Positions 51,632 to 62,324 are shown, counted from the stretch's first letter. The stretch is 64,000 nt of DNA from Nitrospirota bacterium (GCA_963751455.1 CAVVUN010000015.1:256001-320000), one strand, 5' to 3'. Translations and numbers: made by a program. The notes: a model not told the origin generated them from the letters alone.

Positions 51632-52457
51632 AGCAATCGGGATTTTTTTTCCGTACTTTCTTTTTGCAGACTGTAAGCTCTTTTGTCCGGGAAATCGCAA
51701 ATGGGATGCCGGCAATCGCCCGTACAAAAATTTTTTCGCACTCCGGACCGTGGAGCTCGATAATCAGATTGTCGACCCTGTTGATCCAGGAATCAAAGTT
51801 TTCCGAGAAGATTGCGGCTTCGGAACCTTCCACATCGATCTTCAGAATCGATATGGACTCTTGTCCGGTTTCTTGCAAAAGCGAGAAGATATCGATCGCC
51901 TGGACTGCAGGCTTATCCCCGGGTCCTGCCGGCCTGACAGACCTGCCCCATTCCTGCCCGGGACCTGAATCCGCTGTTATCACAAGTCCTGTTCGATGGC
52001 TCCAGATCCCAGCCTGGATCATACCGACCCGCTGCCCGTAAGGTGCCATGTTTTCCTGCAGCAGCGCGAAATTTCCCGGGTCAGGCTCTATTGCGATTAC
52101 GCGTGCCGACGGAAACCGGGACAGGAAGTAAGCGGAGGCATAGCCCACATTGGCTCCGCAGTCGATAATAAGTTTGGGACCACTGCAATCGTCAATGCAC
52201 CCGTACTCACGCTCGGCCAGGACCTGCCGGAACACATAGAGGTCGCTCGTTCCCTCGCGGAAATAAACAGGGTGCGCTAGAAAGCGGGATGAAAGCTTTT
52301 TTTTCGGGCCTGAGCCGATGCCCCTGTTTTTTCTTTTCTTATGATACTTGAAAATGAGCCAGTTGGCGAAGCCCAGGTTCCTGATCTCGCTCACGGCCCG
52401 CATCCTGTCAAGCAGTTTTCCGGTTCGGCCCGGTTTAGCTTTCGCCGCGTTTTGCAT
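51627..52457 (-). CDS. FkbM family methyltransferase
   Basis: IIDCGANVG, AIEPDP.NF, LKIDVEGSE, IELH. Confidence 0.9.
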   Translation of the reverse strand: MQNAAKAKPGRTGKLLDRMRAVSEIRNLGFANWLIFKYHKKRKNRGIGSGPKKKLSSRFLAHPVYFREGTSDLYVFRQVLAEREYGCIDDCSGPKLIIDCGANVGYASAYFLSRFPSARVIAIEPDPGNFALLQENMAPYGQRVGMIQAGIWSHRTGLVITADSGPGQEWGRSVRPAGPGDKPAVQAIDIFSLLQETGQESISILKIDVEGSEAAIFSENFDSWINRVDNLIIELHGPECEKIFVRAIAGIPFAISRTKELTVCKKKVRKKNPDCS

Positions 52458-53710
52458 CAGGTTTGAATACGCCTGATGTCGGCGCCGATAGCGGAAAGCT
52501 TCTGTTCAATATTTTCATAGCCGCGGTCAAGATGATAAATGCGGGAGATAACCGTTTGTCCTTCTGCCGCCAGGCCGGCGAGTATCAGCGAAGCGCTTGC
52601 GCGAAGGTCCGTGGCCATAACGGGCGCAGCCGAAAGCTTCGGCACGCCCTTGACGACGGCGGTGCGTCCCTCGGTCTGGATATCCGCTCCCATTCTTCTC
52701 AGTTCCGCCACGTGCGTAAAGCGGTTTTCAAAAATAGTTTCATTGATGACGCTCGCGCCGTCGGCAAGGGCCATCAAGCTCATGAACTGAGCCTGCATGT
52801 CGGTCGGGAAGCCGGGATATTCCAGCGTTTTAATATTTACCGATTTTATCCGGCGTGGTCCTATGACGAGTATTGTCTTTTCGTCCACATTGACTTGCGC
52901 GCCCGCCTCGACTACCTTTGAAATAACGGCTTCGAGGTTGCCGGGATGACAATCACGGATCAAGACAGAGCCCCCGGTAATGGCTGCGGCTATAACAAAC
53001 GTGCCGGTTTCGATCCGATCCGGCATTACCGTATAGGTCATGGGCCGAAGGGAATTTACGCCCTGGATTTTAATGATGTCCGTGCCGGCGCCTTCGATCT
53101 TCGCGCCCATCCGGATCAAAGCGTTGGCGAGGTCAGCCACTTCAGGTTCGCGGGCCGCATTCTCGATCGTGGTTTCGCCGTCCGCCAGGGTGGCCGCCAT
53201 CATGATGTTTTCAGTTCCCGTAACCGTCACGGTGTCGAAATAAATGCTCGCTCCCCGGAGCTTTTTTGCCCTGGCAACGACATATCCGTGCTCGATTGCG
53301 ACGTCCGCCCCTAGTTTTTCCAGTCCCATGAGATGCAGATTGATCGGCCTGGCCCCTATTGCGCATCCGCCCGGAAGCGAGACGCGTGCTTTGCCCATTC
53401 TCGCAACCAGCGGTCCCAGCACGAGCACCGAGGCCCTCATCGTACGTACGAGATCGTACGGCGCTTCCGGAGTCGCCAGATTCGCGGAATCGACCAGGAT
53501 GTCCCTGTCCTGCCGCTCGAACGCTACACCCATATTCGAGAGAATCCTGCCGAGCGTGGCAACATCCGCGAGCTGCGGGACGTTGGATATCTTGTGCTTT
53601 CCGCCGCACAACAGCGTTGCGGCAATGATCGGGAGGGCAGCGTTCTTTGCGCCGCTGATCTTTACTTCACCGTTCAGTTTTTTTCCGCCGTTGATGACGA
53701 TTGTTCTCAT
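52457..53710 (-). CDS. murA: UDP-N-acetylglucosamine 1-carboxyvinyltransferase
   Basis: [29 protein letters not shown]. Confidence 0.98.
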   Translation of the reverse strand: MRTIVINGGKKLNGEVKISGAKNAALPIIAATLLCGGKHKISNVPQLADVATLGRILSNMGVAFERQDRDILVDSANLATPEAPYDLVRTMRASVLVLGPLVARMGKARVSLPGGCAIGARPINLHLMGLEKLGADVAIEHGYVVARAKKLRGASIYFDTVTVTGTENIMMAATLADGETTIENAAREPEVADLANALIRMGAKIEGAGTDIIKIQGVNSLRPMTYTVMPDRIETGTFVIAAAITGGSVLIRDCHPGNLEAVISKVVEAGAQVNVDEKTILVIGPRRIKSVNIKTLEYPGFPTDMQAQFMSLMALADGASVINETIFENRFTHVAELRRMGADIQTEGRTAVVKGVPKLSAAPVMATDLRASASLILAGLAAEGQTVISRIYHLDRGYENIEQKLSAIGADIRRIQT

Positions 53711-54669
53711 AGTTTTTTTGCCACGATCACCCGGTCTATTCCGGCCAGATCCTTCATTATCTCCGGTCTCGCGTATGCGCCGGTTGCTTCAGTCATTTTG
53801 ACCAGCGACTCCGCCTGTCCCATTCCCATTTCCATGATCAGGGAGCCGTTCTTCTTCATAAAATCGGGAGCGCTTGCGATGATTCTTTTCTGGATTTCCG
53901 TGCCTTCCGGCCCGGCGATGAGCGCCATTTCAGGCTCATAATCCCTGACTTCCTTTTGCAGGCCCGGCATATCCCCGGTCTTTACGTATGGCGGATTCGC
54001 CGTAATGATGTCCGCCTGTTCCCGGATATTGAGCTCCTTCAAAGGATCGAATAGGTCGCCTTGGAAAAACCGGATCCGGCCGGAATGCCCGAGCTTTCCG
54101 GCGTTCCCGCGCGCTACGCTCAAGGCCCGACCGGAAGTATCCACGGCAAAGATGACTTCAGAAGCGCTTTCGTTTGCGAGGCTGACGGCAATGCACCCGG
54201 ACCCGGTGCACAGGTCAATAATCAGTGATGCCATTCCCGAACGCTGAACGATTTCTACAGCGGCTTCTACGACAAGTTCCGTCTCGGGCCTGGGTATGAG
54301 CACATCGGGTGTTACGATAAAATCAAGGCCCCGGAATTCCTGTCTGCCGAGGATATATTGAAGGGGTTCGCGCTGCTGCCGCCGGGACACTGCTTCCCGA
54401 TATCGGTCCAAATCGTCCGCAAAAACCGTGTCGCGGCTGTGAGTAATCAGCCAAACGCGGTTTTTTTTTAAAATATCGGAAAGAAGCACTTCCGCGTCAA
54501 GCCGGGCGGTCGCTATGCCGGCCCGGGCAAACGTTTCGGCCGCATCTCGTATTGCTTCATTAACAGTCAAGGTTTGGGGAGATGCATGATGCACGATGCA
54601 TGTCACAGGCTGATGAGAACCGTTGGCAAGATCCATATCGCGAATCATGGATCCTGTATCGTGCATCAT
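53707..54669 (-). CDS. prmC: Release factor glutamine methyltransferase with repeat-derived N-terminal extension
   Basis: [27 protein letters not shown]. Confidence 0.95.
   Translation of the reverse strand: MMHDTGSMIRDMDLANGSHQPVTCIVHHASPQTLTVNEAIRDAAETFARAGIATARLDAEVLLSDILKKNRVWLITHSRDTVFADDLDRYREAVSRRQQREPLQYILGRQEFRGLDFIVTPDVLIPRPETELVVEAAVEIVQRSGMASLIIDLCTGSGCIAVSLANESASEVIFAVDTSGRALSVARGNAGKLGHSGRIRFFQGDLFDPLKELNIREQADIITANPPYVKTGDMPGLQKEVRDYEPEMALIAGPEGTEIQKRIIASAPDFMKKNGSLIMEMGMGQAESLVKMTEATGAYARPEIMKDLAGIDRVIVAKKL
54580..54669. repeat. Periodic hairpin element, 7-mer GATGCAY type, inside the prmC 5' end
   Basis: gatgcat gatgcac gatgcat ... gaatcat ggatcct gtatcgt gcatcat. Confidence 0.75.
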
Positions 54670-54681
54670 GGGCCGCGTTCC

Positions 54682-55749
54682 TCACAGGTTTTTCAGCCGT
54701 TCGGCGTTTGCTGCGGCTGTCAGGCCATCGATGAACTCGTCGAGGTCGCCGTCAATAACACTATCAAGCCTGTAAAGGGAAAGCCCGATGCGATGATCGG
54801 TGACCCTGCTTTGCGGAAAGTTATAGGTCCGGATCTTCTCGCTGCGCTCGCCGGAACCTACCTGCGATTTCCTGTCCTGCGCGGTCTCGGCCTGCTGACG
54901 TTCGCGCTCTTTCTCAAGGAGCCGGGACTTCAGAATTTTCATCGCTTTTTCACGGTTCTTGAGCTGCGACCGCTCATCCTGGCATGCAACGACTTCACCG
55001 GTGGGAATATGGGTAATCCTGACAGCGGAATATGTCGTGTTGACACTCTGGCCGCCAGGACCTGATGAGCAGTATGTATCGATGCGAAGATCCTTCTGTT
55101 CTACCTGCACGTCCACGTCTTCCGCCTCGGGCAGCACCGCGACTGTCACCGTTGAGGTATGGATCCTGCCGCTTGCCTCGGTTTCGGGAACTCGCTGCAC
55201 CCGATGGACTCCGCTTTCGTATTTGAGCTTGCTGTATACACCCTTACCCTGGATCTGCGCAATTACTTCCTTTACGCCCCCGACGCCGGAGGTACTCATG
55301 TCCAGCAGCGTAACCTTCCACCGCTTTTTTTCAGCGTAACGGGAATACATCCGGAACAGCTCGGCAGCGAAGAGGCCCGCTTCATCACCGCCTGCTCCCG
55401 CACGGATCTCAAGGAAGATATTTTTGTCGTCCCGCGGGTCCTTTGGAACGAGCATGAGCCTGAGATCCTGCTCCAACTGCTCGACCATGGGCCGGAGTTC
55501 CTTGAGTTCTGCGTCCGCCATGTCACGGAACTCGGGATCCGCCTGCTTGTCCGCGGTAATCTCCTCGGCATCCTTGATCTGACCCAGCATTCTCCGGAAG
55601 GACCGGTACTGGGAGACTACTTCCTCGATTTCAGAACGCTCCCGGGAATACTTCTGGTAGAGCTGGTGGTTGGCTGCTACGCCGGGATCGGAAAGAAGGC
55701 GGGTGAGTTCGTCGTATTTTTCTGCGACAGCGTCTAATTTACTCAGCAT
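54682..55749 (-). CDS. prfA: Peptide chain release factor 1
   Basis: VQRVPETE, GPGGQSVN. Confidence 0.97.
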   Translation of the reverse strand: MLSKLDAVAEKYDELTRLLSDPGVAANHQLYQKYSRERSEIEEVVSQYRSFRRMLGQIKDAEEITADKQADPEFRDMADAELKELRPMVEQLEQDLRLMLVPKDPRDDKNIFLEIRAGAGGDEAGLFAAELFRMYSRYAEKKRWKVTLLDMSTSGVGGVKEVIAQIQGKGVYSKLKYESGVHRVQRVPETEASGRIHTSTVTVAVLPEAEDVDVQVEQKDLRIDTYCSSGPGGQSVNTTYSAVRITHIPTGEVVACQDERSQLKNREKAMKILKSRLLEKERERQQAETAQDRKSQVGSGERSEKIRTYNFPQSRVTDHRIGLSLYRLDSVIDGDLDEFIDGLTAAANAERLKNL

Positions 55750-55767
55750 AGTCTAAAAGCAATTCTA

Positions 55768-55813
55768 TTTGCCACAGGTGGAATGGATAAAATCCGTGTC
55801 CATCCGTGGTTAA
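55768..55813. repeat. Short 9-mer-type hairpin remnant
   Basis: ttgccacagg...aatccgtgtccatccgtggttaa. Confidence 0.55.
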
Positions 55814-55844
55814 TCTGTTTACTTATTAGGGATTCTTTTCCAAC

Positions 55845-55869
55845 AAAAAAACCCCGCTTCAGCGGGGTT
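55845..55869 (-). terminator. Terminator-like hairpin overlapping the DUF1385 stop
   Basis: aaccccgct-tc-agcggggtt with A-run on the plus strand. Confidence 0.7.
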
Positions 55870-56764
55870 CCATCGCGAGGGCTTCATTCATCGCCCTGAT
55901 GGCGACCTCCAATTGATCATCGGAGGGCTCGCGTGTGGTAAGCCGCTGCAGCATAAGCCCGGGTTGCATAAGCGCCTTGATAAAGCGATTGTCGCTGTGT
56001 TTGGCGCTGTATTTAAGAAATTCATAGCCCAGGCCGGCGATCAGGGGCAGAAGAACCACCCGGGAAAGAGCTTTTGCCCAGAGAGGCCAGGATCCCGGGA
56101 TGAGCGTAAAAAGCACAATCGACAGAACGATAACGATAAGCAGAAAACTTGTGCCGCACCGCGGATGAATACGGGAATACGGACGTGCGTTCTCGACCGT
56201 AAGCTCCATGCCGGCTTCGAAGGCCGCAATGGTTTTATGTTCAGCTCCATGGTACTCGAATACCCGCCGTATGTCCTTCATGAAGGAAATGCCCGATACA
56301 TACCCGAGAAACAGAGAGACCCGGAACACGCCGTCCGTGAGATTAAACAGGATGCTGTTCCTGTTTACCAGGTCGAATTGCATGCCGACGAAATTCGTGA
56401 GCACGAGCGGCAGCGCCAGAAAAAGGCCCAGCGCGAAAGCGAGGGCCAGGGCCATTGTTCCGGCCATGACCCAGGGGCTGATCTCTTCTTTTTTACCATC
56501 GACCGCTTCGAGCGCCTCGTTTGCGGAAAAATTGAGGGCTCGAATGCCGAGCCACATGGCTTCAAAGAGGGCCGCTGATCCTCGGATGATCTTTTTCTTT
56601 AACAGGGGAAACCTGTCGCCAAGAGGCTTCAGTTCCTGCTTGTAAACGGCAATTTCGCCCTGCGGTCTTCCGCCCTTTCGGACCGCGACCGTGAATGCCC
56701 GGGGAGAACGCATCATGACTCCCTCGAGCACGGCCTGGCCGCCTATGTTTATTTTTTCGTTCAC
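55859..56764 (-). CDS. DUF1385 membrane protein
   Basis: IGGQAVLEGVMMR, YHGAEHK, HPRCGTSF. Confidence 0.93.
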   Translation of the reverse strand: MNEKINIGGQAVLEGVMMRSPRAFTVAVRKGGRPQGEIAVYKQELKPLGDRFPLLKKKIIRGSAALFEAMWLGIRALNFSANEALEAVDGKKEEISPWVMAGTMALALAFALGLFLALPLVLTNFVGMQFDLVNRNSILFNLTDGVFRVSLFLGYVSGISFMKDIRRVFEYHGAEHKTIAAFEAGMELTVENARPYSRIHPRCGTSFLLIVIVLSIVLFTLIPGSWPLWAKALSRVVLLPLIAGLGYEFLKYSAKHSDNRFIKALMQPGLMLQRLTTREPSDDQLEVAIRAMNEALAMEPR

Positions 56765-56813
56765 GAAACGGACCTCGCGATTGAATCGTGCGGCGAAGGA
56801 ATCAAGATGGCGG

Positions 56814-57014
56814 TCAATCCTTTTTGTATTTTTTCCGGTATTTGTCGACGCGGCCTTCGGTGTCGATCAATTTCTGCTTGCCGGTAAAGAACGGGTGACA
56901 CACGGAGCATATATCAAGCTTCACGTTCTCTTTGGTCGACCGGGTCTGGAAGGATTCGCCGCAGGCGCAGCTGACGGTCGTCACCTTATAATTGGGATGA
57001 ATATCCTGTTTCAT
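56814..57014 (-). CDS. rpmE: 50S ribosomal protein L31
   Basis: MK.DIHP.Y, CACG, CS.CHPFFTG. Confidence 0.97.
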   Translation of the reverse strand: MKQDIHPNYKVTTVSCACGESFQTRSTKENVKLDICSVCHPFFTGKQKLIDTEGRVDKYRKKYKKD

Positions 57015-57289
57015 GTCGTACGTCCTCCTGAATAAATAAGCCATGCCACAGCCGAACAGTCCGTGGCTTCTCAACAGAACCGCTATTTTATACCAAAGTC
57101 ATGAGAAAAACAAGAAAAAAGTGCACGATTGTCCAATAAAGGGGCGACCGGCTTCATTTCAGCCGATGCACGTGCGGAGTGGATGAAGTTTATCACTTCC
57201 TAATCCGGTGATCTCGAAATAAGCGCGGAAAAAGCGGGGTACCATGCATTGAAGACGCGGAGACAGGCTGCGCTTGTCCGAAAGGCCTT

Positions 57290-57631
57290 TAGGCGCTTAC
57301 GCCTATAACATCGACAATTTTTTGTCGATGTTTGTAGGGCAACCCTTCAGGGTTGCGGCTTCCCGGTAATCAGCAAGGCTGAAGCCTTGCCCTACAAAGG
57401 CGATAAATCTAAACTGCCCCGAAGGGGCCATGTCTGCCGGGCGAAGTCCCGGCCGACACGTAGTCAGTTATGACTGAAAATCTGCTTAAAATAGCAAGAA
57501 TATTTTCACCGCGAAGCCGCAAGGGGCGCAAGGACGTCAAATACAACCAACAATACAAAGTCTTTTAAGATTTCCTCGCGACCTTTGCGCCATCGCGGTT
57601 CAAAGGTTGTTTCCGGCTTGTCCGGATTAGG
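57290..57631 (-). mobile_element. Composite non-autonomous element with GTAG REP doublet, copy 1
   Basis: Inverted copy of 60039-60357; gtagggcaaccc...gccttgccctac at 57334-57395; end ttccggcttgtccggattagg. Confidence 0.85.
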
Positions 57632-57645
57632 GTAACCATTACTTA

Positions 57646-57771
57646 GAGTCTGTATTTAAATGCCCTTTTTCGTCATGCCGGACTTGATCCGGCATCCAGA
57701 GGTTTCTGAAAAGACTGGATTCCTGCCTTCGCAGGAATGACGGTCTAAAACGGCAATTAAAATACGGGCTC
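57646..57771. mobile_element. MITE with IS5-like ends and TA duplication, carrying a GTCAT double hairpin
   Basis: ta|gagtctgtatttaaatgcc ... ggcaattaaaatacgggctc|ta; core cgtcatgccggacttgatccggcatcc...ggattcctgccttcgcaggaatgacg. Confidence 0.8.
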
Positions 57772-59018
57772 TACTTATTCATGGAATCAAGGAAATCTCG
57801 GTTGCTTTTTGCCTGTTTCAGTTTCTCAAGCAGGAATTCCATGCTCTCGACAGTGGAGAGCGGGTTCAAGACCTTGCGAAGTACCCACATGCGGTTCAAG
57901 TCGTCCTTGTCCACGAGCAGTTCTTCCTTGCGGGTGCCGGACGCATTTATGTCGACTGCCGGGAACACGCGCTTATCAACGAGCTTGCGGTCGAGATGAA
58001 GTTCCATATTGCCGGTGCCTTTGAATTCTTCGAAGATGACATCGTCCATACGGCTCCCGGTGTCGACGAGTGCTGTTGCCAGGATTGTCAGGCTCCCTCC
58101 GTCCTCAATGCTTCGCGCCGCGCCGAAGAAACGCTTTGGCCGCTGGAGCGCGTTCGCGTCGAGTCCGCCGGACAGTACCTTGCCTGAAGCGGGGATTATC
58201 GCGTTATGGGCGCGCGCAAGACGGGTGATGCTGTCCAGCAGGATTACCACGTCTTTTTTGTGCTCGACCAGCCGCTTCGCCCGCTCGCTTACCATATCCG
58301 CTACCTGCACATGCCTTTGAGGCGGTTCATCGAAGGTCGAGCTTATGATCTCTGCCTTCACCTGACGCTGCCAGTCCGTGACTTCCTCCGGCCGTTCATC
58401 GATCAGGAGTACGATCAGCTTAAGGTCAGGATGGTTTTTCAGAACGGCCTTCGCAATGGCCTGGAGCAGCATCGTTTTACCCGTTCTCGGCGGAGCCACG
58501 ATCATGCCTCTCTGACCCATGCCGATGGGAGTGACAAGGTCCATGGCGCGTGTTGTATAGTCCGTAGGCGAGTGCTCGAGCTTGATCTTCTTGATCGGAT
58601 AATACGGGGTAAGGTTGTCAAACAGGATCTTGGATCTGGAGATTTCGGGGTCTTCATAGTTGATTGCGTCGACCTTCAGCAGTGCGAAATAGCGTTCGCC
58701 CTCTTTTGGGGGCCGTATCTGTCCGGAAACCGTATCGCCGGTACGGATATTGAACCGTCTTATCTGCGAGGGAGATACGTAAATATCATCCGGTCCCGGA
58801 AGATAATTGTAATCCGGCGCTCTCAGGAAGCCGAACCCGTCGGGCAGTATTTCGAGCACGCCTTCCCCGAAGATCATGCCGTTTTTTTCAGTCTGCGCCT
58901 GCAGGATAGCGAAGATCAACTCCTGCTTCCGCATGCCGCTGACGCCCTCGACCTTCAGTTCGTCTGCCATCGTGGTCAGTTCGGCGATGTTTTTACCTTT
59001 TAGTTCTACTAAATTCAT
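57771..59018 (-). CDS. rho: Transcription termination factor Rho
   Basis: [31 protein letters not shown]. Confidence 0.98.
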   Translation of the reverse strand: MNLVELKGKNIAELTTMADELKVEGVSGMRKQELIFAILQAQTEKNGMIFGEGVLEILPDGFGFLRAPDYNYLPGPDDIYVSPSQIRRFNIRTGDTVSGQIRPPKEGERYFALLKVDAINYEDPEISRSKILFDNLTPYYPIKKIKLEHSPTDYTTRAMDLVTPIGMGQRGMIVAPPRTGKTMLLQAIAKAVLKNHPDLKLIVLLIDERPEEVTDWQRQVKAEIISSTFDEPPQRHVQVADMVSERAKRLVEHKKDVVILLDSITRLARAHNAIIPASGKVLSGGLDANALQRPKRFFGAARSIEDGGSLTILATALVDTGSRMDDVIFEEFKGTGNMELHLDRKLVDKRVFPAVDINASGTRKEELLVDKDDLNRMWVLRKVLNPLSTVESMEFLLEKLKQAKSNRDFLDSMNK

Positions 59019-59702
59019 AGAGATGCTCCTTGGCCCGTGGTTTATGGGCAGATGAGGTCACTACCGTGCAGGTGGGTTTGCCTCCAACTCCTGTAGTAAT
59101 GGCGATATGGGTAATTGTTTTAATAGGCGAGTATGGTCCTTGCGATTGCTGCTGTATGATTGCTGTTCGTATGATTGTTAACCGTGACAGTGCCAGGGTC
59201 GTGGTTTACTCGAACGGAAGAGTTTCACCTTACTGTATCTGTGCGCGTTACGGTATGTTTTTTCAACCTGGTTCTTATGCGGATTGATGATACTAGGGGT
59301 CTGTGGTTAGGTTTAATTGAAAATTCTATTTATATATACCTGACAAAATCAAGTTTGTCAATATATTCTTTCATGCTGTTGCGAAACATTTATGGTATAG
59401 TTCAGCATCTTGGAACCTGTCTGCCATGAGCGGTACTGCAATATCCTACTTCTGGCCGAGCCCTTCTGCACGCTGCATGGTATGAGATAATTCCCGAAAA
59501 TGCCCCAGTATCAGTACAAGGCAAGAGATAAAGAAGGATAGCTGCTGACCGGTGCAATGGAGGCCGGCAGAAAAGAGATTGTTGCTGAGCGGGCTAGTGG
59601 GCATGGGAGTTATTCCCGTGTTCATTGAGGAGCAGGAAGCATCACGGTCGCTGCAGTTTGATTTCCTGAAAAGGCCACTGCATCCTTTACCATCCACAGC
59701 CG

Positions 59703-60041
59703 GTGACGAGCATTAATGCCACGATCAATTTCGATCCCGATACCCTGAACAAGACGAGCAAGGGCAACTGGGTCGTAGTCTATATCGAGTTGCCGGATGG
59801 ATATAAGCCGGGCGATATTGACGTTTCATCCATCCTATTGCAAGGAACGATTCCTGCCGAGACGTGGCCATATGCTGTCGGGGACCATGACAAGAACGGC
59901 ATCCCGGACTTGATGGTCAAATTCAAGCGGAGCGAGGTCATTAATATTCTCTCGAATGGAGAGCAGGTCACGGTCCACGTAAAAGGGAAGGTGGGTTCGA
60001 TGATGTTCGAAGGACAAGACAATATCAGAGTAATACCGTAA
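59703..60041 (+). pseudogene. C-terminal domain fragment of a secreted protein
   Basis: FDPDTLN..SKG.WV.VYIELP, GDHDKNGIPDLMVKF; no convincing start. Confidence 0.5.
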
Positions 60042-60357
60042 CCTGGACAAGCCGGAACCAAATCAAATTCTTGTTTACCATGGATAAAAATTATCGATAT
60101 TGTTTTTTAAATTCGTGCCAATCCGTGATAAAAAATTGTTTTAAGATTTTCTTGCTATTTTGAGAAGATTTTGATTCTTTAGCTTTACGTGTTGGTCGTG
60201 ACTTCGCCCGGCAGACATGGCCCCTTTCGGGGCAGTTGAAACAAGGATTTTGTAGGGCAAGGCTTCAGCCTTGCTGATCACCGGGAAGCCGCAACCCTGA
60301 AGGGTTGCCCTACAAACATCGACAAAAAATTGTTGATGTTATAGGCGTAAGCGCCTA
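60039..60357 (+). mobile_element. Composite non-autonomous element, copy 2
   Basis: taacctggacaagccggaacc ... gtagggcaagg...gttgccctac ... ggcgtaagcgccta; another ggacaagccggaacc-type end follows at ~60354. Confidence 0.85.
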
Positions 60358-60504
60358 GCCCAGACAAGCCGGAACCAAAACATTTTCACCATGAAGGCCG
60401 CAAAGAGCGCGAAGAAATTCAAGAAGAAGATTAGATTTTTTTTATAAACCGGACAAAAACTCTGCTATAATGAAGCACTTATTTCAGAACGGAGGCAGAC
60501 GGCA

Positions 60505-60774
60505 ATGAGATTAAAGACGACCGTAGAACTGTGGCAGAAAGGCAGTTGGTGCATCGCGCGCGTACCCGAGCTTGACTTCGTGGCGCAGGGAAAAACCGTT
60601 GAGGAGGCAAAGAAGAATCTTGTTGAGGTGATCAGCATCCAGTTTGCTGAAATGAAGGAGATGGGTACGTTCGAGGATTATCTCGCAGAGTGCGGATACA
60701 TAATAAAAGGCGACCTCATAGAGCCCGAGAACGAAATGATTGGCTTTGAACGACAGATGCTGCAGGTTGCCTGA
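60505..60774 (+). CDS. hicB: HicB family antitoxin
   Basis: ARVPEL..VAQGKTVEEA..NL. Confidence 0.85.
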   Translation: MRLKTTVELWQKGSWCIARVPELDFVAQGKTVEEAKKNLVEVISIQFAEMKEMGTFEDYLAECGYIIKGDLIEPENEMIGFERQMLQVA

Positions 60775-61004
60775 TGCCCCGAATAACACCTGCAAACTGG
60801 AAAACGTTGCTCAAGGTATTTGAGCTTTATGGATGTGTATACAAACGCAAAGAAGGCTCACATCACGTCCTGACCTTTCCCGGTGCTAAACGTGCGGTCG
60901 TGATCCCGGAATACGATGAGATCGATGTGGAAATCATCAAGAACAACATGCGTACGGTCAATATGAGCAGGGAACAGTACTTTAAGCTTCTAAAAAGTGT
61001 CTAG
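60774..61004 (+). CDS. hicA: HicA family toxin
   Basis: R.EGSH, VVIP. Confidence 0.88.
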   Translation: MPRITPANWKTLLKVFELYGCVYKRKEGSHHVLTFPGAKRAVVIPEYDEIDVEIIKNNMRTVNMSREQYFKLLKSV

Positions 61005-61128
61005 CTTGCCGGAACGGCGTCAACCTCTGAATAGGCACACGAAGATCACGAAGAAATTGGTCTCCGAGGTTTTTGCCTTGGCGAGTTCAAAGTCGTTCGA
61101 GGCACCGAGCACTACTCCGGCCTTGCCG

Positions 61129-61392
61129 TTATGCAACGCGCTTTGCTTCCCGGGCAAGATGCTCCTTGATCCACATTCGGAGAAGGGCGGTATAGCTCAG
61201 CCCCTTTTTCTTCGCGATCGTTTCAACTGATTTGATATCAGCGGGATCAAGCCGCAACGCGACCGTCTTCTTGGGCTTTTTTACAAACCCGATTTCAGCT
61301 TCTTTTGTATCTCCCTGATACTCTTCGAAACCGTGAGTTTCCCAGAACCGCGCAGCCTCCTCATCGCTTTTAAATTTCGGGATCTTTTTCAT
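61129..61392 (-). CDS. CopG/BrnA-like antitoxin (orphan)
   Basis: IPKFKSDEEAARFWETH, VALRL, YTALLRMWI. Confidence 0.82.
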   Translation of the reverse strand: MKKIPKFKSDEEAARFWETHGFEEYQGDTKEAEIGFVKKPKKTVALRLDPADIKSVETIAKKKGLSYTALLRMWIKEHLAREAKRVA

Positions 61393-61503
61393 GTTATTTA
61401 CCTCTCTTCCTGAAATAGCCTTTTTCCCGCGCGGAAATGCATCAAAGATTACACGGTTCACCCAGGAATGACCGCGCTTCGGCGGAGGAAGCTTTTCACC
61501 CCT

Positions 61504-61803
61504 TTATTTTGCAGCCTTCGCTTCAACAAGTTTAATCGCTTTGAGCGTCTTGTCAGCGTCTACATTGCCTGAGATTCCCATATCCCAGAAGAGCTCGAGA
61601 GTTTCACGTGTAGTAGTCTCCAGCACGCCTGCCGCCTCTCTCAGGGTAATGTCCCCACGCTCATAGCTGTCCGCCACATATCTTTCGACTCCAAGCCGCA
61701 GGAACTTTCTGAGCACGGTCGGTTCGTCAAGCTTTTCTTTCTTCTCCGCAAACTGAACGGCGTGCAGCAGGCTGTCCGGCAATCTTAATGCTTTTGCTCT
61801 CAT
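61504..61803 (-). CDS. UPF0175-like antitoxin
   Basis: YERGDITLREAA..L. Confidence 0.75.
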   Translation of the reverse strand: MRAKALRLPDSLLHAVQFAEKKEKLDEPTVLRKFLRLGVERYVADSYERGDITLREAAGVLETTTRETLELFWDMGISGNVDADKTLKAIKLVEAKAAK

Positions 61804-62288
61804 GACTTCGCCTCCAGATATAATTTCGCTATGGAATATTCCTCACGGCTGATAAAGGGACTCAGTGATTCCAGCAGCTCCAGAACCTTTGGCGCCTCCA
61901 GCCTGCCGGTCCTGGAAAGATAGACCAGGCAGGCGGCCGGGGTCACGTATGGAATAAGCGCCGCCTCAAGTCTCTTTATGAACTTCCGATCGTCGCTGGC
62001 AACGGCGTCATATTCTCCGTGCTCATACAATGCGAGGACGTCTGCCTCGCCCTTTGGCGACGACAGGGCCGCCGATCCTTTGCCGCGGTAGTTGACGACA
62101 TGCAGCGCCTTTCGGTTTATGTTCTCTTCAATAATAAAGGCGTCTTGATAGCGGCGTATTTTCGCCTCGACTACGACTTCCTTTTTCACCAGGGGCGGGA
62201 TATGAACTTCTATTGCCGAAATGACCGCTTCTTTTGCCCCGGCCTTGGTGAGTTTTATCAAACAATCCGCATCCATGACAACCTTCAT
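61800..62288 (-). CDS. PIN-domain protein
   Basis: VVMDAD.LI, V..EV, GEA, SDD. Confidence 0.85.
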   Translation of the reverse strand: MKVVMDADCLIKLTKAGAKEAVISAIEVHIPPLVKKEVVVEAKIRRYQDAFIIEENINRKALHVVNYRGKGSAALSSPKGEADVLALYEHGEYDAVASDDRKFIKRLEAALIPYVTPAACLVYLSRTGRLEAPKVLELLESLSPFISREEYSIAKLYLEAKS

Positions 62289-62295
62289 GTATTAC

Positions 62296-62324
62296 ATTGT
62301 AACTTTTTAGAGACAGACTGTCAA
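62296..62324 (-). promoter_or_regulatory. Sigma70 promoter, leaderless, for PIN operon
   Basis: TTGACA-17-TACAAT-7-ATG. Confidence 0.7.
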
